Shown here one piece after another: positions 55,823 through 64,000 of a DNA stretch of 64,000 bases; positions within the stretch are counted from its first letter, which is position 1, and the number at the start of each line of letters is the position of its first letter. Both the position numbers and the translations under genes were made by a program. This stretch comes from an uncultured bacterium (lineage in GTDB: Bacteria; Planctomycetota; UBA1135; GCA-002686595), in NCBI GenBank assembly GCA_943787795.1, contig CALSNU010000004.1:96001-160000 (forward strand). Reading direction: 5' to 3'. The notes beneath the pieces are model-generated. The model had not been told where the DNA came from and ran no database searches. It saw only the letters and a list, made by a program, of their open reading frames with translations.

Positions 55823-57835
55823 TCAGCTCCCGAGGAAGTGCTGGACGAGGTCGGGCCGCTCCTGGAACAGGTCGCGCGCCGCGATCAGGAGCGGCAGGTC
55901 ACGATCGGGGTCGATCAGTCCCTCGAGGTTGTCCCCGGACTGGCGGAGCCCGAGCAGGTCCCCCATGCCCCGCTGGCGCAGGTCCTCCTCCGCCAGCTCG
56001 AAGCCGTCTCGCGAGCGCTCCAGCAGGCGGAACTTCTCCTCCGCCTTCTTGTCCCCGAGCAGGAAGCAGTACGACGCCTTGCTGCCGCGCCCCACGCGGC
56101 CTCGAAGCTGGTGTAGCTGCGCGAGCCCGAGCCGATGCGCGTCCTCGATCACCATGACCGTCGCGTTGGAGACGTCGACCCCCACCTCGACCACGGTCGT
56201 CGCGACGACGGTCGCCACCTCGCCGCGCCGGAAGCGATCAAGCCGATGCCCGCGCTCAGGGGCGGGTAGCCGGCCGTGGACCAGCTCGATGCCAGCTGCG
56301 GAGAACCCGGGGCGCGCCTGGAGGTCAGCGTGCCGCCGCTCCGCGCTCACCGCGGAGGCCGCCTCCTCTCCCTCGCCGTCGCCGCCGATTCGCGGCACCA
56401 CCCAATAGATCTGCTCACCGGCCTCGAGCCGCTCGCGCAGGAAGCGCGGCATCTTGCGGCGGTCGTCACCCCGGGCCCAGCGGGTCACGATCTCCCCGCG
56501 CCCCGGCGGGAGACCGTCCAGAACCGACACCTCGAGGTCGCCGTAGACCGTCAGCGCGAGCGTCCGCGGGATCGGTGTCGCGGTCATGAGCAGCACGTGG
56601 ACCTCGTCCCCCTTGGCCGCCAGCTGCTCCCTCTGGGCCACCCCGAAGCGGTGCTGCTCATCGATCACCGCGAGGTCCAGCCGCCGGAACTGGATGTCCT
56701 TGGAGAAGAGCGCGTGGGTGCCAAAGGCGACGTCGATCTCTCCGGCCTTCAGCCGCTCGACCGCGGCCCGCCGCTCGCCCGAGCGCATGGCGCCAGTGAT
56801 CAGGCAGGTCCGCAGGCCCTGCGCCTCGAGGATCGGCGCGAGCCCGTAGGCGTGCTGGGAGGCCAGCACCTCTGTGGGCGCCATGACCGCCACCTGGCCG
56901 CCGTTCTCTGCGACTCCCATGGCCGCGTAGGCCGCGACGGCGGTCTTGCCCGCGCCCACGTCCCCTTGCAGCAACCGGCGCATCGGGCGGGTACGTCCGA
57001 GGTCGGCGCGGATCTCCCCCACGACCTTCGCCTGGGCTTCGGTCAGCTCAAACGGGAAGCGAGACAGGATGTTCTCGTGGGTGGACCCGCTGATACGCGC
57101 TGCCCGCGCTGCGCCCGACAGTGAGCGGCGCCGGGCCTGGCACCGGGCCTGCAGCACGAGGATCGGCTGGAGCCCGAAGCGGCGGCGGGCTCGCTCGAAC
57201 TCCGCCACGCTCTTCGGTCGATGGAGGCTGAAGGCCGACTCCCTGGCGGGCAGCGCGGCGGCGCGCTCCAGGAAGACCTCGGGGAGCGGCTCGGTCAGCT
57301 GGTCGCCGAAGCGATCCAGGGCGTCCTGGATCAACCCGCCCACCACCTCGCCGGAGATCCCGTCTCCGCCGGCGTACTCGGGTGCGAGGGTGCCCGGCGG
57401 CGGGAGCGGGCGCTCCTCCGTCCCGAGCCGCGGTGAGGCGAGGCCCGGGCCGCGGACGTCGACGACCTGGCCGTGCGCGATCACCTCCGAGCCCGGAGAG
57501 AGCTGCTCCTTCATCCACGGCTGGTTGAAGAACACGAGGTCCATCTCCGCCGTCCCGTCCTCGAGCGTGGCCCGGACGAGGGAGCGCTTGCCACCGATCC
57601 GCTGGAGGACCGAGCGCCGGATCGTGCCCTGCAGGGTGACGCGCTCCCCCTTCCGCCCGCGGGCCGCGCGGATCGACTCCGGCTCCGGCCAGACCACGAG
57701 CCGCACCGGCTGGGTCAGGAGCAGGTCGCGAATGGAGCGGATCCCAAGGCGCGCGAGCCGCGCCGCCTTGGCGTGACCGACCCCCTTGAGCTCGGTCAGG
57801 GGGCCGATGGCCTCGTCCTGAACGGCGCCGCTCAC
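55823..57835 (-). CDS. recG: ATP-dependent DNA helicase RecG
   Basis: RLLQGDVGAGKT, MAPTEVLA.QH, IDEQHRFGV.QR, MTATPIPRTL and QLHQLRGRVGRG motifs. N-terminal wedge domain (FFNQPW). Confidence 0.98.
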   Translation of the reverse strand: MSGAVQDEAIGPLTELKGVGHAKAARLARLGIRSIRDLLLTQPVRLVVWPEPESIRAARGRKGERVTLQGTIRRSVLQRIGGKRSLVRATLEDGTAEMDLVFFNQPWMKEQLSPGSEVIAHGQVVDVRGPGLASPRLGTEERPLPPPGTLAPEYAGGDGISGEVVGGLIQDALDRFGDQLTEPLPEVFLERAAALPARESAFSLHRPKSVAEFERARRRFGLQPILVLQARCQARRRSLSGAARAARISGSTHENILSRFPFELTEAQAKVVGEIRADLGRTRPMRRLLQGDVGAGKTAVAAYAAMGVAENGGQVAVMAPTEVLASQHAYGLAPILEAQGLRTCLITGAMRSGERRAAVERLKAGEIDVAFGTHALFSKDIQFRRLDLAVIDEQHRFGVAQREQLAAKGDEVHVLLMTATPIPRTLALTVYGDLEVSVLDGLPPGRGEIVTRWARGDDRRKMPRFLRERLEAGEQIYWVVPRIGGDGEGEEAASAVSAERRHADLQARPGFSAAGIELVHGRLPAPERGHRLDRFRRGEVATVVATTVVEVGVDVSNATVMVIEDAHRLGLAQLHQLRGRVGRGSKASYCFLLGDKKAEEKFRLLERSRDGFELAEEDLRQRGMGDLLGLRQSGDNLEGLIDPDRDLPLLIAARDLFQERPDLVQHFLGS

Positions 57836-59124
57836 GCCCCCGACCCCGCGCTGGCGCTCGCCGAGACCGCGGGTCCCTGCTCCATGACCCGCCGCTCGAC
57901 GCTACGGAGCAGCGTCCACGTCAAGATCGCGGCGAGGAGGTAGAGCCCGACGGTCGTACACATCAGCACAGCGTAATCATCCGAGGTGGCGTCAAGCACG
58001 CGCCCCGCCACCAGCGGGCCCACGACCCACCCCACGCCCCAGAGCGTGGCGTTGACACCGGTCTGGACCTCCCTCGCGCCGGGGGGGGTCGCCTGCATCA
58101 TCAGGTTCTTGATGATCGGGTGGGTCGCGTTCATGAGCGCCCCGCGCATGAGGAACGCGAACATGGCGACGGGCAGACTGGTGGTGAAGGCCAGGGCAAG
58201 GAAGAACGGAAGCGAGGACAGTTCGATCGCCACCATGCTCTTCACGAAGCCGAGGCGGGCGAGGATGAACGGGGTCATGAGGAACCCGCCAGTCATCAAT
58301 ACCTGACCGCTGGCGAACAGGTAGCCCCACCCGTCTGGGCCGACACCGAAGCGCTCCTGGAAGTAAGTGGGCAGGAAGGGGATGCAGAACCCCGCGCCGC
58401 ACGCGATCAAGAACTGGGGAGCGGCGAAGCGCATCAGCAGCGCCGCGTTCTCGCGGACGACGGGCAACACCCGGGCGCCCACGGGCATGGACGGCTCAGG
58501 GTCGTCGATGCGGGCGTAGAAGAGCGCTGCGATGAGCGAGCAAACGCCAGCGGCGCTGATCACCGCGTTGGTGGCAGGGACCTCCCCACCCAGGGGTTCC
58601 GACAGGCGCGCCACCACGAACCCGGCGAGCCCCGCCCCCACCACGGCTGCCAGCGTCCGTGCCGCCTCCGCGAGGGAGAAGGCCCCCGCCCGATCGAGCT
58701 GGCTCGTATGCCGGAACAGGAACGGGGCGATGGCCACGTAGTGGACCGTCATGGCGAGGCCCGCGACGAAGTTCGCGGCGTACATCCAGCGCAGGGAGGG
58801 GAGGTGCGGGAGCACGAGGTACACGGCTCCAGCGATGAGCGCCGAGAGGACGAACACCCCGCGCGCCGGACGACGCGCGAGCAGGAAGGCGGCGGGCAGC
58901 GCCACGGCGACCTTCCCCCAGCTGTCGAGGGACTGGAAGGTCCCGATCTCGGTCTTCGTGTACCCCTGGACATTGAGCCAGCGGGTGAGGAAGGACCACG
59001 TCACGGCCTGGGCCGCCCCCATGAAGGCGGAGCCGTACAGGTACGCGCGCGCCGCTGGCTGGAGCTGTCGGAAGGTCTCGGGGATGGACACGGGGCGATA
59101 CGGGTCAAGACCGATCCTCGCCAC
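57832..59124 (-). CDS. MFS transporter
   Basis: About 12 hydrophobic segments in 430 aa. GTGA overlap with the recG start. Confidence 0.85.
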   Translation of the reverse strand: MARIGLDPYRPVSIPETFRQLQPAARAYLYGSAFMGAAQAVTWSFLTRWLNVQGYTKTEIGTFQSLDSWGKVAVALPAAFLLARRPARGVFVLSALIAGAVYLVLPHLPSLRWMYAANFVAGLAMTVHYVAIAPFLFRHTSQLDRAGAFSLAEAARTLAAVVGAGLAGFVVARLSEPLGGEVPATNAVISAAGVCSLIAALFYARIDDPEPSMPVGARVLPVVRENAALLMRFAAPQFLIACGAGFCIPFLPTYFQERFGVGPDGWGYLFASGQVLMTGGFLMTPFILARLGFVKSMVAIELSSLPFFLALAFTTSLPVAMFAFLMRGALMNATHPIIKNLMMQATPPGAREVQTGVNATLWGVGWVVGPLVAGRVLDATSDDYAVLMCTTVGLYLLAAILTWTLLRSVERRVMEQGPAVSASASAGSGA

Positions 59125-59245
59125 GTATGAGCGATCGGGGCGTCAAGGCGTGGCGCCCCGCGGGCCAAGCCGTCGGAGTCCGACGGGCGATGGCTCGCGG
59201 ATGCAGCGGCTTGGCGGACTTGAGGCCAACCGAGCCGCCGCTCGC

Positions 59246-60253
59246 TCAGTCGTTGCTGCGCTGCCAGTCGCCGCCGCCACCGCCGCCGCCATGCTGGCCG
59301 CCGCCGCCGCCGCCGCGGTAGCCGCCGCCACCGCCGCCGCGGTAGCCGCCGCCACCGCCACCGCCGCCGCGGTAGCCGCCGCCACCGCCGCCGCCGCCGC
59401 GGTATCCACCGCCGCCGCCGCCGCGGTATCCACCGCCGCCGCCGCCGCGGTATCCGCCGCCGCCGCCGCCGCGGTATCCGCCGCCGCCGCCGCCGCGGTA
59501 TCCGCCGCCGCCGCCGCCGCGGTATCCGCCGCCGCCGCCGCCGCGGTATCCACCGCCGCCGCCGCCGCGGTAGCCACCGCCGCCGCCGCCGCGGTAGCCA
59601 CCGCCGCCGCCGCCGCGGTAACCGCCGCCGCCACCGCCGCCTTCACCCGGGGGCGTGGCGGGGCGCGCCTGCACGGCTCGACCGCGCACCTGAACGCCTG
59701 TGATCGAGCTGATGATCTGCTCGCCCTGGTCTTCGGGGACCTCGACGAAGCTATAGCGCGAGAAGATGTCGATCGAGCCGATCGAGGAGCCCTCGATCCC
59801 GGACTCTCCGGCGATGGCGCCGACGAGGTCGCCGGGGCGGACGCCGTCCATCCGGCCGACGTTGACGAAGAGGCGGGTCATCCCCTCCTCCACGGGCTTC
59901 CATCCCTGACCTTCTCCCTGGTCGTGATGGTCGTTGCCGCGCGGGCGGAACTCCGAGGTGCCCTGACCGCGGTACGGCGTGCTGTCGTCGCCTGCCGTGA
60001 CGGGGCGGACGACCTTGGCGTCCGGGCGGGACTTCTGAAGCTCGTAGCCGGCGATGCGCTCCAGCACCCCCGGCTCTTCGGCCCGTCGGGTCAGCCGCGC
60101 GCAGGCGGCGGCCACCTCGACCGGGGTCTTTCCGGACTCGCTCGCGACCTCCTTGACGAGGTCCTCGAAGAGTTCGAGGTTGCCTTCCTCGAGGCTGAGG
60201 ATCAGGGCGGACTTGAACTGCGCCAGGGGCGCCTCTTCAACGGCGTCGGACAT
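59246..60253 (-). CDS. Stand-alone DbpA-type RNA-binding-domain protein with Gly/Arg/Tyr-rich tail
   Basis: MTRLFVNVGRMDGVRPGDLVGAIAGESGI..IGSIDIFSRYSFVEVP is the DeaD/DbpA C-terminal RBD. No helicase motifs present. Confidence 0.88.
   Translation of the reverse strand: MSDAVEEAPLAQFKSALILSLEEGNLELFEDLVKEVASESGKTPVEVAAACARLTRRAEEPGVLERIAGYELQKSRPDAKVVRPVTAGDDSTPYRGQGTSEFRPRGNDHHDQGEGQGWKPVEEGMTRLFVNVGRMDGVRPGDLVGAIAGESGIEGSSIGSIDIFSRYSFVEVPEDQGEQIISSITGVQVRGRAVQARPATPPGEGGGGGGGYRGGGGGGYRGGGGGGYRGGGGGGYRGGGGGGYRGGGGGGYRGGGGGGYRGGGGGGYRGGGGGGYRGGGGGGYRGGGGGGGGYRGGGGGGGGYRGGGGGGYRGGGGGGQHGGGGGGGDWQRSND
59270..59641. repeat. In-frame 24-bp (some 30-bp) tandem repeat encoding (YRGGGGGG)x13
   Basis: 13 occurrences of GCGGTA separated by (CCG)n runs. 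Confidence 0.95.
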
Positions 60254-60421
60254 CGTCTTGGCCCACCCTCTTCGGGGCGGGCATGGGGGTCGAGTTGTGG
60301 GACTTGGAACAACGGGGACGGGCCCCGGTCGCGCTTTGCGGCGAGCAAGGCTACTCCCGGGCCTGGCACCAGCGGGGCCACGGGTCCCCAAAACTCGCCG
60401 GCGACCCGCACCGGGACCGGC

Positions 60422-61876
60422 TCACGGGGTGAAGGGGGCCGCTTCGAGGTCGGGAACACCGCCTCCAGGCAACCCGATCCTCGCCCCTCTCATCCAGCGA
60501 GCCAGCTGGAGGCGCAGGTCGGCGTCGACCCCCGTGACCTCATCGCAGGGGCCCCAGCGCAGGCCTCGTCGCGGATCGACCCCTGCCCTCCGCGACCTGA
60601 CGAGGGCCGCGGGCGGCTCGGCCTCGAGGATCACCGCTCGATCTCCGTCCAGCCCGACCACGGCGCAGATGCCCCGCGAGGTGGCTGCACGAAGGGGTCG
60701 CTCCGGCATCGCGGAGCCCGGGAAGACCGAGGCCCCGTCGAGGTCCAGGCGCGGCTCAAGACCCAGCGCACACAGGAGCGTCGGCCCGAGGTCCAGCAGG
60801 GAGACGGGCGCGCCCACGACGCCGCGGAGGGTCCGACGCCCCCCTCCTTCACCGGGCACCCGCTCCTCCCCGGGCGCGCGGCCCCCACCGCTCGCCGCCG
60901 GCACCTCCAGCCAGAGCGGGACCCTCAGGTCCTCGGGCTCCATCGACGGGACGAGGCCGTACCGGCCCCGCTCTCCGAGGGCGGGCTGACGGAGGCCAGC
61001 GATGGCGATGACCGGAGCGAGGTCGCGGTGCTGTCGCGCCCCCTCGACCAGCTGACGGGCGAAGGCGTCCGCCGCAGCGACCTCCGTGGCGTGCAACGCT
61101 GCGAGCTGCGCGCGATCGGTGTCGTCCAGGTCTGGACCGATGCGCAGCAGGTCGTCATGGGCCATCCCAGGCTCAATCGGCCCCTCGTATCCGGGGCCCG
61201 GTCCGCCCTCTCCGCCGCGATAGAGATGATGCGGCGCGCGGGGGTCCGCCAGCGTCACGACCAGCAGGCCGGGGCGCGCGCTCTCCGCAAGCCAACCGAG
61301 CGCGGCCTGCGCGACAGAGGACCCCTGGGCGCCGGCGGGGTCGTCCAGCCCCGCCGGAAGGAGCACCTCCTCGAACGCCGCTGGCCCCGGGCGCAGACCA
61401 GCTCCCTCGAAGGCGTGCCGTCGATGGCCCGGAACAAGAGCCGTTCGATACCCGCGGCGCAGCAGCTCATCGGCCAGCCCGGGGGTCCAGCCCTCCGTGC
61501 CCCGCGAGACCGGACGGTGCTGCCCCGTGAGCAGCCCGCTCAGGGCCTCGCTCGCCCAGGGCGACGGAGCGTAAGCGTCGCGATAGCTGACCGAACCGGC
61601 GCCGAAGCCCTGGAGGAACGGCGTACCCGCCCCGCTCACCTCCGCGACCCCCAGCCCGTCGATGGCGATGATGATCACGTCCGGCCGCGCCTGGACGGCT
61701 GGCGCTGCGGCACGGCTGGGGCCAGAGCCCGTGCGCGTCGCCATCGCGACCGTGCCCGCGATCACCAGCACGGCGATCGCGATCAACGCGGCCCGCGGCT
61801 GCGCCCGCTCGGAGCTCCCATCGGGAAGCTCGGGCGCGCGCGCGACCGTCACCTCCTCGGTATTCCCCTCGTCCAT
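60422..61876 (-). CDS. Sulfatase-fold membrane-anchored protein, degenerate active site
   Basis: RPDVIIIAIDGL, TPFL, YRDAYAPSPW, LLTGQ, LRVPL and VSLLDLGPTL motifs. N-terminal TM. Confidence 0.75.
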   Translation of the reverse strand: MDEGNTEEVTVARAPELPDGSSERAQPRAALIAIAVLVIAGTVAMATRTGSGPSRAAAPAVQARPDVIIIAIDGLGVAEVSGAGTPFLQGFGAGSVSYRDAYAPSPWASEALSGLLTGQHRPVSRGTEGWTPGLADELLRRGYRTALVPGHRRHAFEGAGLRPGPAAFEEVLLPAGLDDPAGAQGSSVAQAALGWLAESARPGLLVVTLADPRAPHHLYRGGEGGPGPGYEGPIEPGMAHDDLLRIGPDLDDTDRAQLAALHATEVAAADAFARQLVEGARQHRDLAPVIAIAGLRQPALGERGRYGLVPSMEPEDLRVPLWLEVPAASGGGRAPGEERVPGEGGGRRTLRGVVGAPVSLLDLGPTLLCALGLEPRLDLDGASVFPGSAMPERPLRAATSRGICAVVGLDGDRAVILEAEPPAALVRSRRAGVDPRRGLRWGPCDEVTGVDADLRLQLARWMRGARIGLPGGGVPDLEAAPFTP

Positions 61877-62031
61877 GGGGCGAGACTAGCGACTGGCGCT
61901 GCTCGAACAAACCTGGGGTTGCTCGAACGAGGCCACCGGGCGAGAGAGCAGCCAGGGCCCAGCTAGGACTCAGCAGGGACCCAGCCAAGGCCCGGCCAAG
62001 GCCCGGCGAGGGCCCACGCCGGGCCGCGGGG

Positions 62032-63999
62032 TCACGCCCCGCCGCCCCGTGCCTTCAGGACGACCTCAAGCTCGACCTTCTCACCGCTGGCGCGGGTCAC
62101 GCCCACCTTGACCTTGTCTCCAGGCTTGGCGGCCTTGAGCTTCTCGCTGAAGCCAGCGAGGTCCACCGCCTCACCGTTCCAGGTCCGGATCCGGTCGTTC
62201 TTCATCAGCCCCGCAGCAGCGGCAGGCGAGTCGGGCGTGATGCCCTCGACCACGATGCCCTCCTCGGTGTACGAGGGACGAATCCCAAACTGCACCGTGG
62301 CGGCCCGGGGGGCGCCGCCGCCCGAGGTCTCGGCCTCGGCCTCAGCCTCGGCTGGCGCGGTGTTCCGCCGGGCGCGGCGACGGGTCCGCTGCTCGACGAA
62401 CGGGAAGGCCTCCGGCCGCTGCGCTGCGCCCAGCGCGATCTCGTAGAAGAGGTTGGCAGCGTGGACCGCGTCCACCCGATTGATGAGGCTGGAGACGTCC
62501 CTGGGCGTGTGGTAGTCCGCGTGGAAGTCCGCGATGATCGCGAAGAGCACGGGCATATCCTTGCGCATGAACGAGGTGTGATCACTCGCGCCGCTCATGC
62601 GCTCGGGCTGAACGATGGCCAGGGGTGACCCGTCGATGATGGGGTCGAGGAACTCCTGGAGCCCCGCCCCGGTCTCCGCTCCGGAGAGCGACAGACGGCG
62701 GTCCTTGATGCGCCCGATCATGTCGAAGTTCATCATCAGGACGTGCTTGCCGATCGGCGCGATCGGGTGGTTCGCGTAGTAGTTCGAGCCGTTGAGGCCG
62801 GACTCCTCGGCGCTGAAGCCCATGAAGAGCACCGAGCGCAGATTGGCGGCGTCACCGGCCGCCTCGTAGTCGCGCGCCATCTTGTCAGCGATCAGGATGA
62901 TCCCTGCGCTTCCGGAGGCGTTGTCGTCGGCGCCTGGGTGCAGCTGACGGCCTGCATTCTCACGATCCCGCGAGCCGAAGCTCCCCTGGCCGAGGTGGTC
63001 CAGGTGCGCGCCGACCACGATGTACTCGTCCGCCAGCGCTCCCTTGCCCGGCAGGAGACCGATGACGTTCTCGGCCACCACGGCCCGGCGCTCGAGGCCG
63101 GCAACCATCCTGGCCGTGCCCTGGAACTCCCGGACCGCCGCGCCAGCGTTGGCCTCGTCGCGCAGCACAGGGAGGGTCGTCGCCCCGCCTGTCCCCGCGG
63201 CCACCAGCCGCTCGCCCGCCTCCGCCGAGAGGTGAAGCACCGGGATCTCGGCGATAGCTCGGCCGCCGCCGCCCGCTGCGAGCAATGTGCTGACCCTGGC
63301 GTCGTTGGCGCCCGGCGTGTTGACGATGATGGCACCGACCGCCCCGCGGTCGGCCACGGCCTGAAGCTTGCCGTTGAACCCCGCGCGCCGGGACCAGCTC
63401 CCGTCACGGCGGGTCCAGAGGCTATTTCCCTCCGCGTCCATGGGCTCAAATCTCAGGAGCACCGCGACCTTGCCGGTCAGGTCGGTCTCCTCGCCGAAGC
63501 TGGAGAACCGATCGCGACCGTCCTCGATCCCGTAGCCGACGAAGACCAACGGCGCGTCGATCTCCCCCCCCACGCCGAGCCCGGTCACCGTGAAGTCACG
63601 GTCCTGCCCATGCGCGAAGGAGACCCCACCCAGCTCCAGCGAGGCCACCGTGACCTCGTTGGTGGAGCCGAGATTGAATGGCTGACGGAAACTCCGGGAC
63701 TCGCCCCCTGAGCCCACCGCGGGGAGCAGCCCCGAAGCGCGGAACTGGAACTCCATGTACTCCTTAGCGAGCTCCATCCCACGGGTCCCGGGGAGCCGCC
63801 CCTCCATCCACGGGCTGGCGAGGATCGTGAGGTGATCGTTGAAGGTCCTCACCTCTCCACTGACCCCGGCGAGCGCCTCGGCGATGAGCGCGCGACTCAT
63901 CGCGGCGCCCGGATCCTCGGCCGACACCGCCTCCTGGCCAGACGCAGCGCCGGCGAGCGCGAAGAGGCTCGCCAGCAGGGTCGCACCGCCAGGAGCGGT
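62032..63999 (-). CDS. M28 family aminopeptidase with PA and PDZ domains, 5'-truncated by window edge
   Basis: Intact ligands GAHLDH, GADDNASG, SAEE, NFDMIG, SDH and DYH. PA domain (LVFVGYGI) and PDZ (SPAAAAGL..ND.I). Frame is open to the window end, with the tail of a signal peptide. Confidence 0.95.
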   Translation of the reverse strand, partial: TAPGGATLLASLFALAGAASGQEAVSAEDPGAAMSRALIAEALAGVSGEVRTFNDHLTILASPWMEGRLPGTRGMELAKEYMEFQFRASGLLPAVGSGGESRSFRQPFNLGSTNEVTVASLELGGVSFAHGQDRDFTVTGLGVGGEIDAPLVFVGYGIEDGRDRFSSFGEETDLTGKVAVLLRFEPMDAEGNSLWTRRDGSWSRRAGFNGKLQAVADRGAVGAIIVNTPGANDARVSTLLAAGGGGRAIAEIPVLHLSAEAGERLVAAGTGGATTLPVLRDEANAGAAVREFQGTARMVAGLERRAVVAENVIGLLPGKGALADEYIVVGAHLDHLGQGSFGSRDRENAGRQLHPGADDNASGSAGIILIADKMARDYEAAGDAANLRSVLFMGFSAEESGLNGSNYYANHPIAPIGKHVLMMNFDMIGRIKDRRLSLSGAETGAGLQEFLDPIIDGSPLAIVQPERMSGASDHTSFMRKDMPVLFAIIADFHADYHTPRDVSSLINRVDAVHAANLFYEIALGAAQRPEAFPFVEQRTRRRARRNTAPAEAEAEAETSGGGAPRAATVQFGIRPSYTEEGIVVEGITPDSPAAAAGLMKNDRIRTWNGEAVDLAGFSEKLKAAKPGDKVKVGVTRASGEKVELEVVLKARGGGA

Positions 64000-64000
64000 T

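Noticed and set aside
59270..59641. Regular repeat array considered as a CRISPR
   Set aside because: There are no unique spacers and no cas genes. It is an in-frame coding repeat.
58751..61966. 1071-aa plus-strand ORF with a long (AAAAAVST)n tract resembling an antifreeze or Ala-rich protein
   Set aside because: It is the antisense shadow of the MFS, DbpA-domain and sulfatase-fold genes. The Ala tract is simply the reverse complement of the Gly repeat.

Overview
A very GC-rich (roughly 70% or more by eye) bacterial chromosomal segment, densely coding, with about 50 CDS and one tRNA-Gln(TTG). Several features suggest a Planctomycetota/PVC genome (inference): FTGSDWCGWC thioredoxin, coaE-rho adjacency, secreted HEAT and beta-propeller proteins, a MoxR-vWA Bat cluster and sulfatase-fold proteins. 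Housekeeping genes include gcvT, gcvH, a lipoate ligase, cinA, tatC, coaE, rho, trxB, a glpD-like gene and recG. There is also a heterodimeric ABC exporter, several peptidases and glycosyltransferases, and a 24-kb co-directional minus-strand run (about 40.0-64.0 kb) containing a complete MoxR/DUF58/BatA-E cluster. I saw no transposase, integrase, prophage, CRISPR array or rRNA. The most unusual items are: (1) an aldehyde:ferredoxin-oxidoreductase-like protein fused to a C-terminal ubiquitin-like MoaD/ThiS domain ending in Gly-Gly; (2) a 2OG-Fe(II) dioxygenase closely resembling eukaryotic OGFOD2/plant ICU11-CP2, directly behind recG; (3) a helicase-less DbpA-type RNA-binding protein with a 13-unit YRG6 low-complexity tail; (4) a recurring set of enzyme folds lacking catalytic residues; (5) pervasive short tandem repeats. 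All family calls are from motif recognition by eye, with no database search. Several start codons were re-chosen from the ORF track and are approximate.
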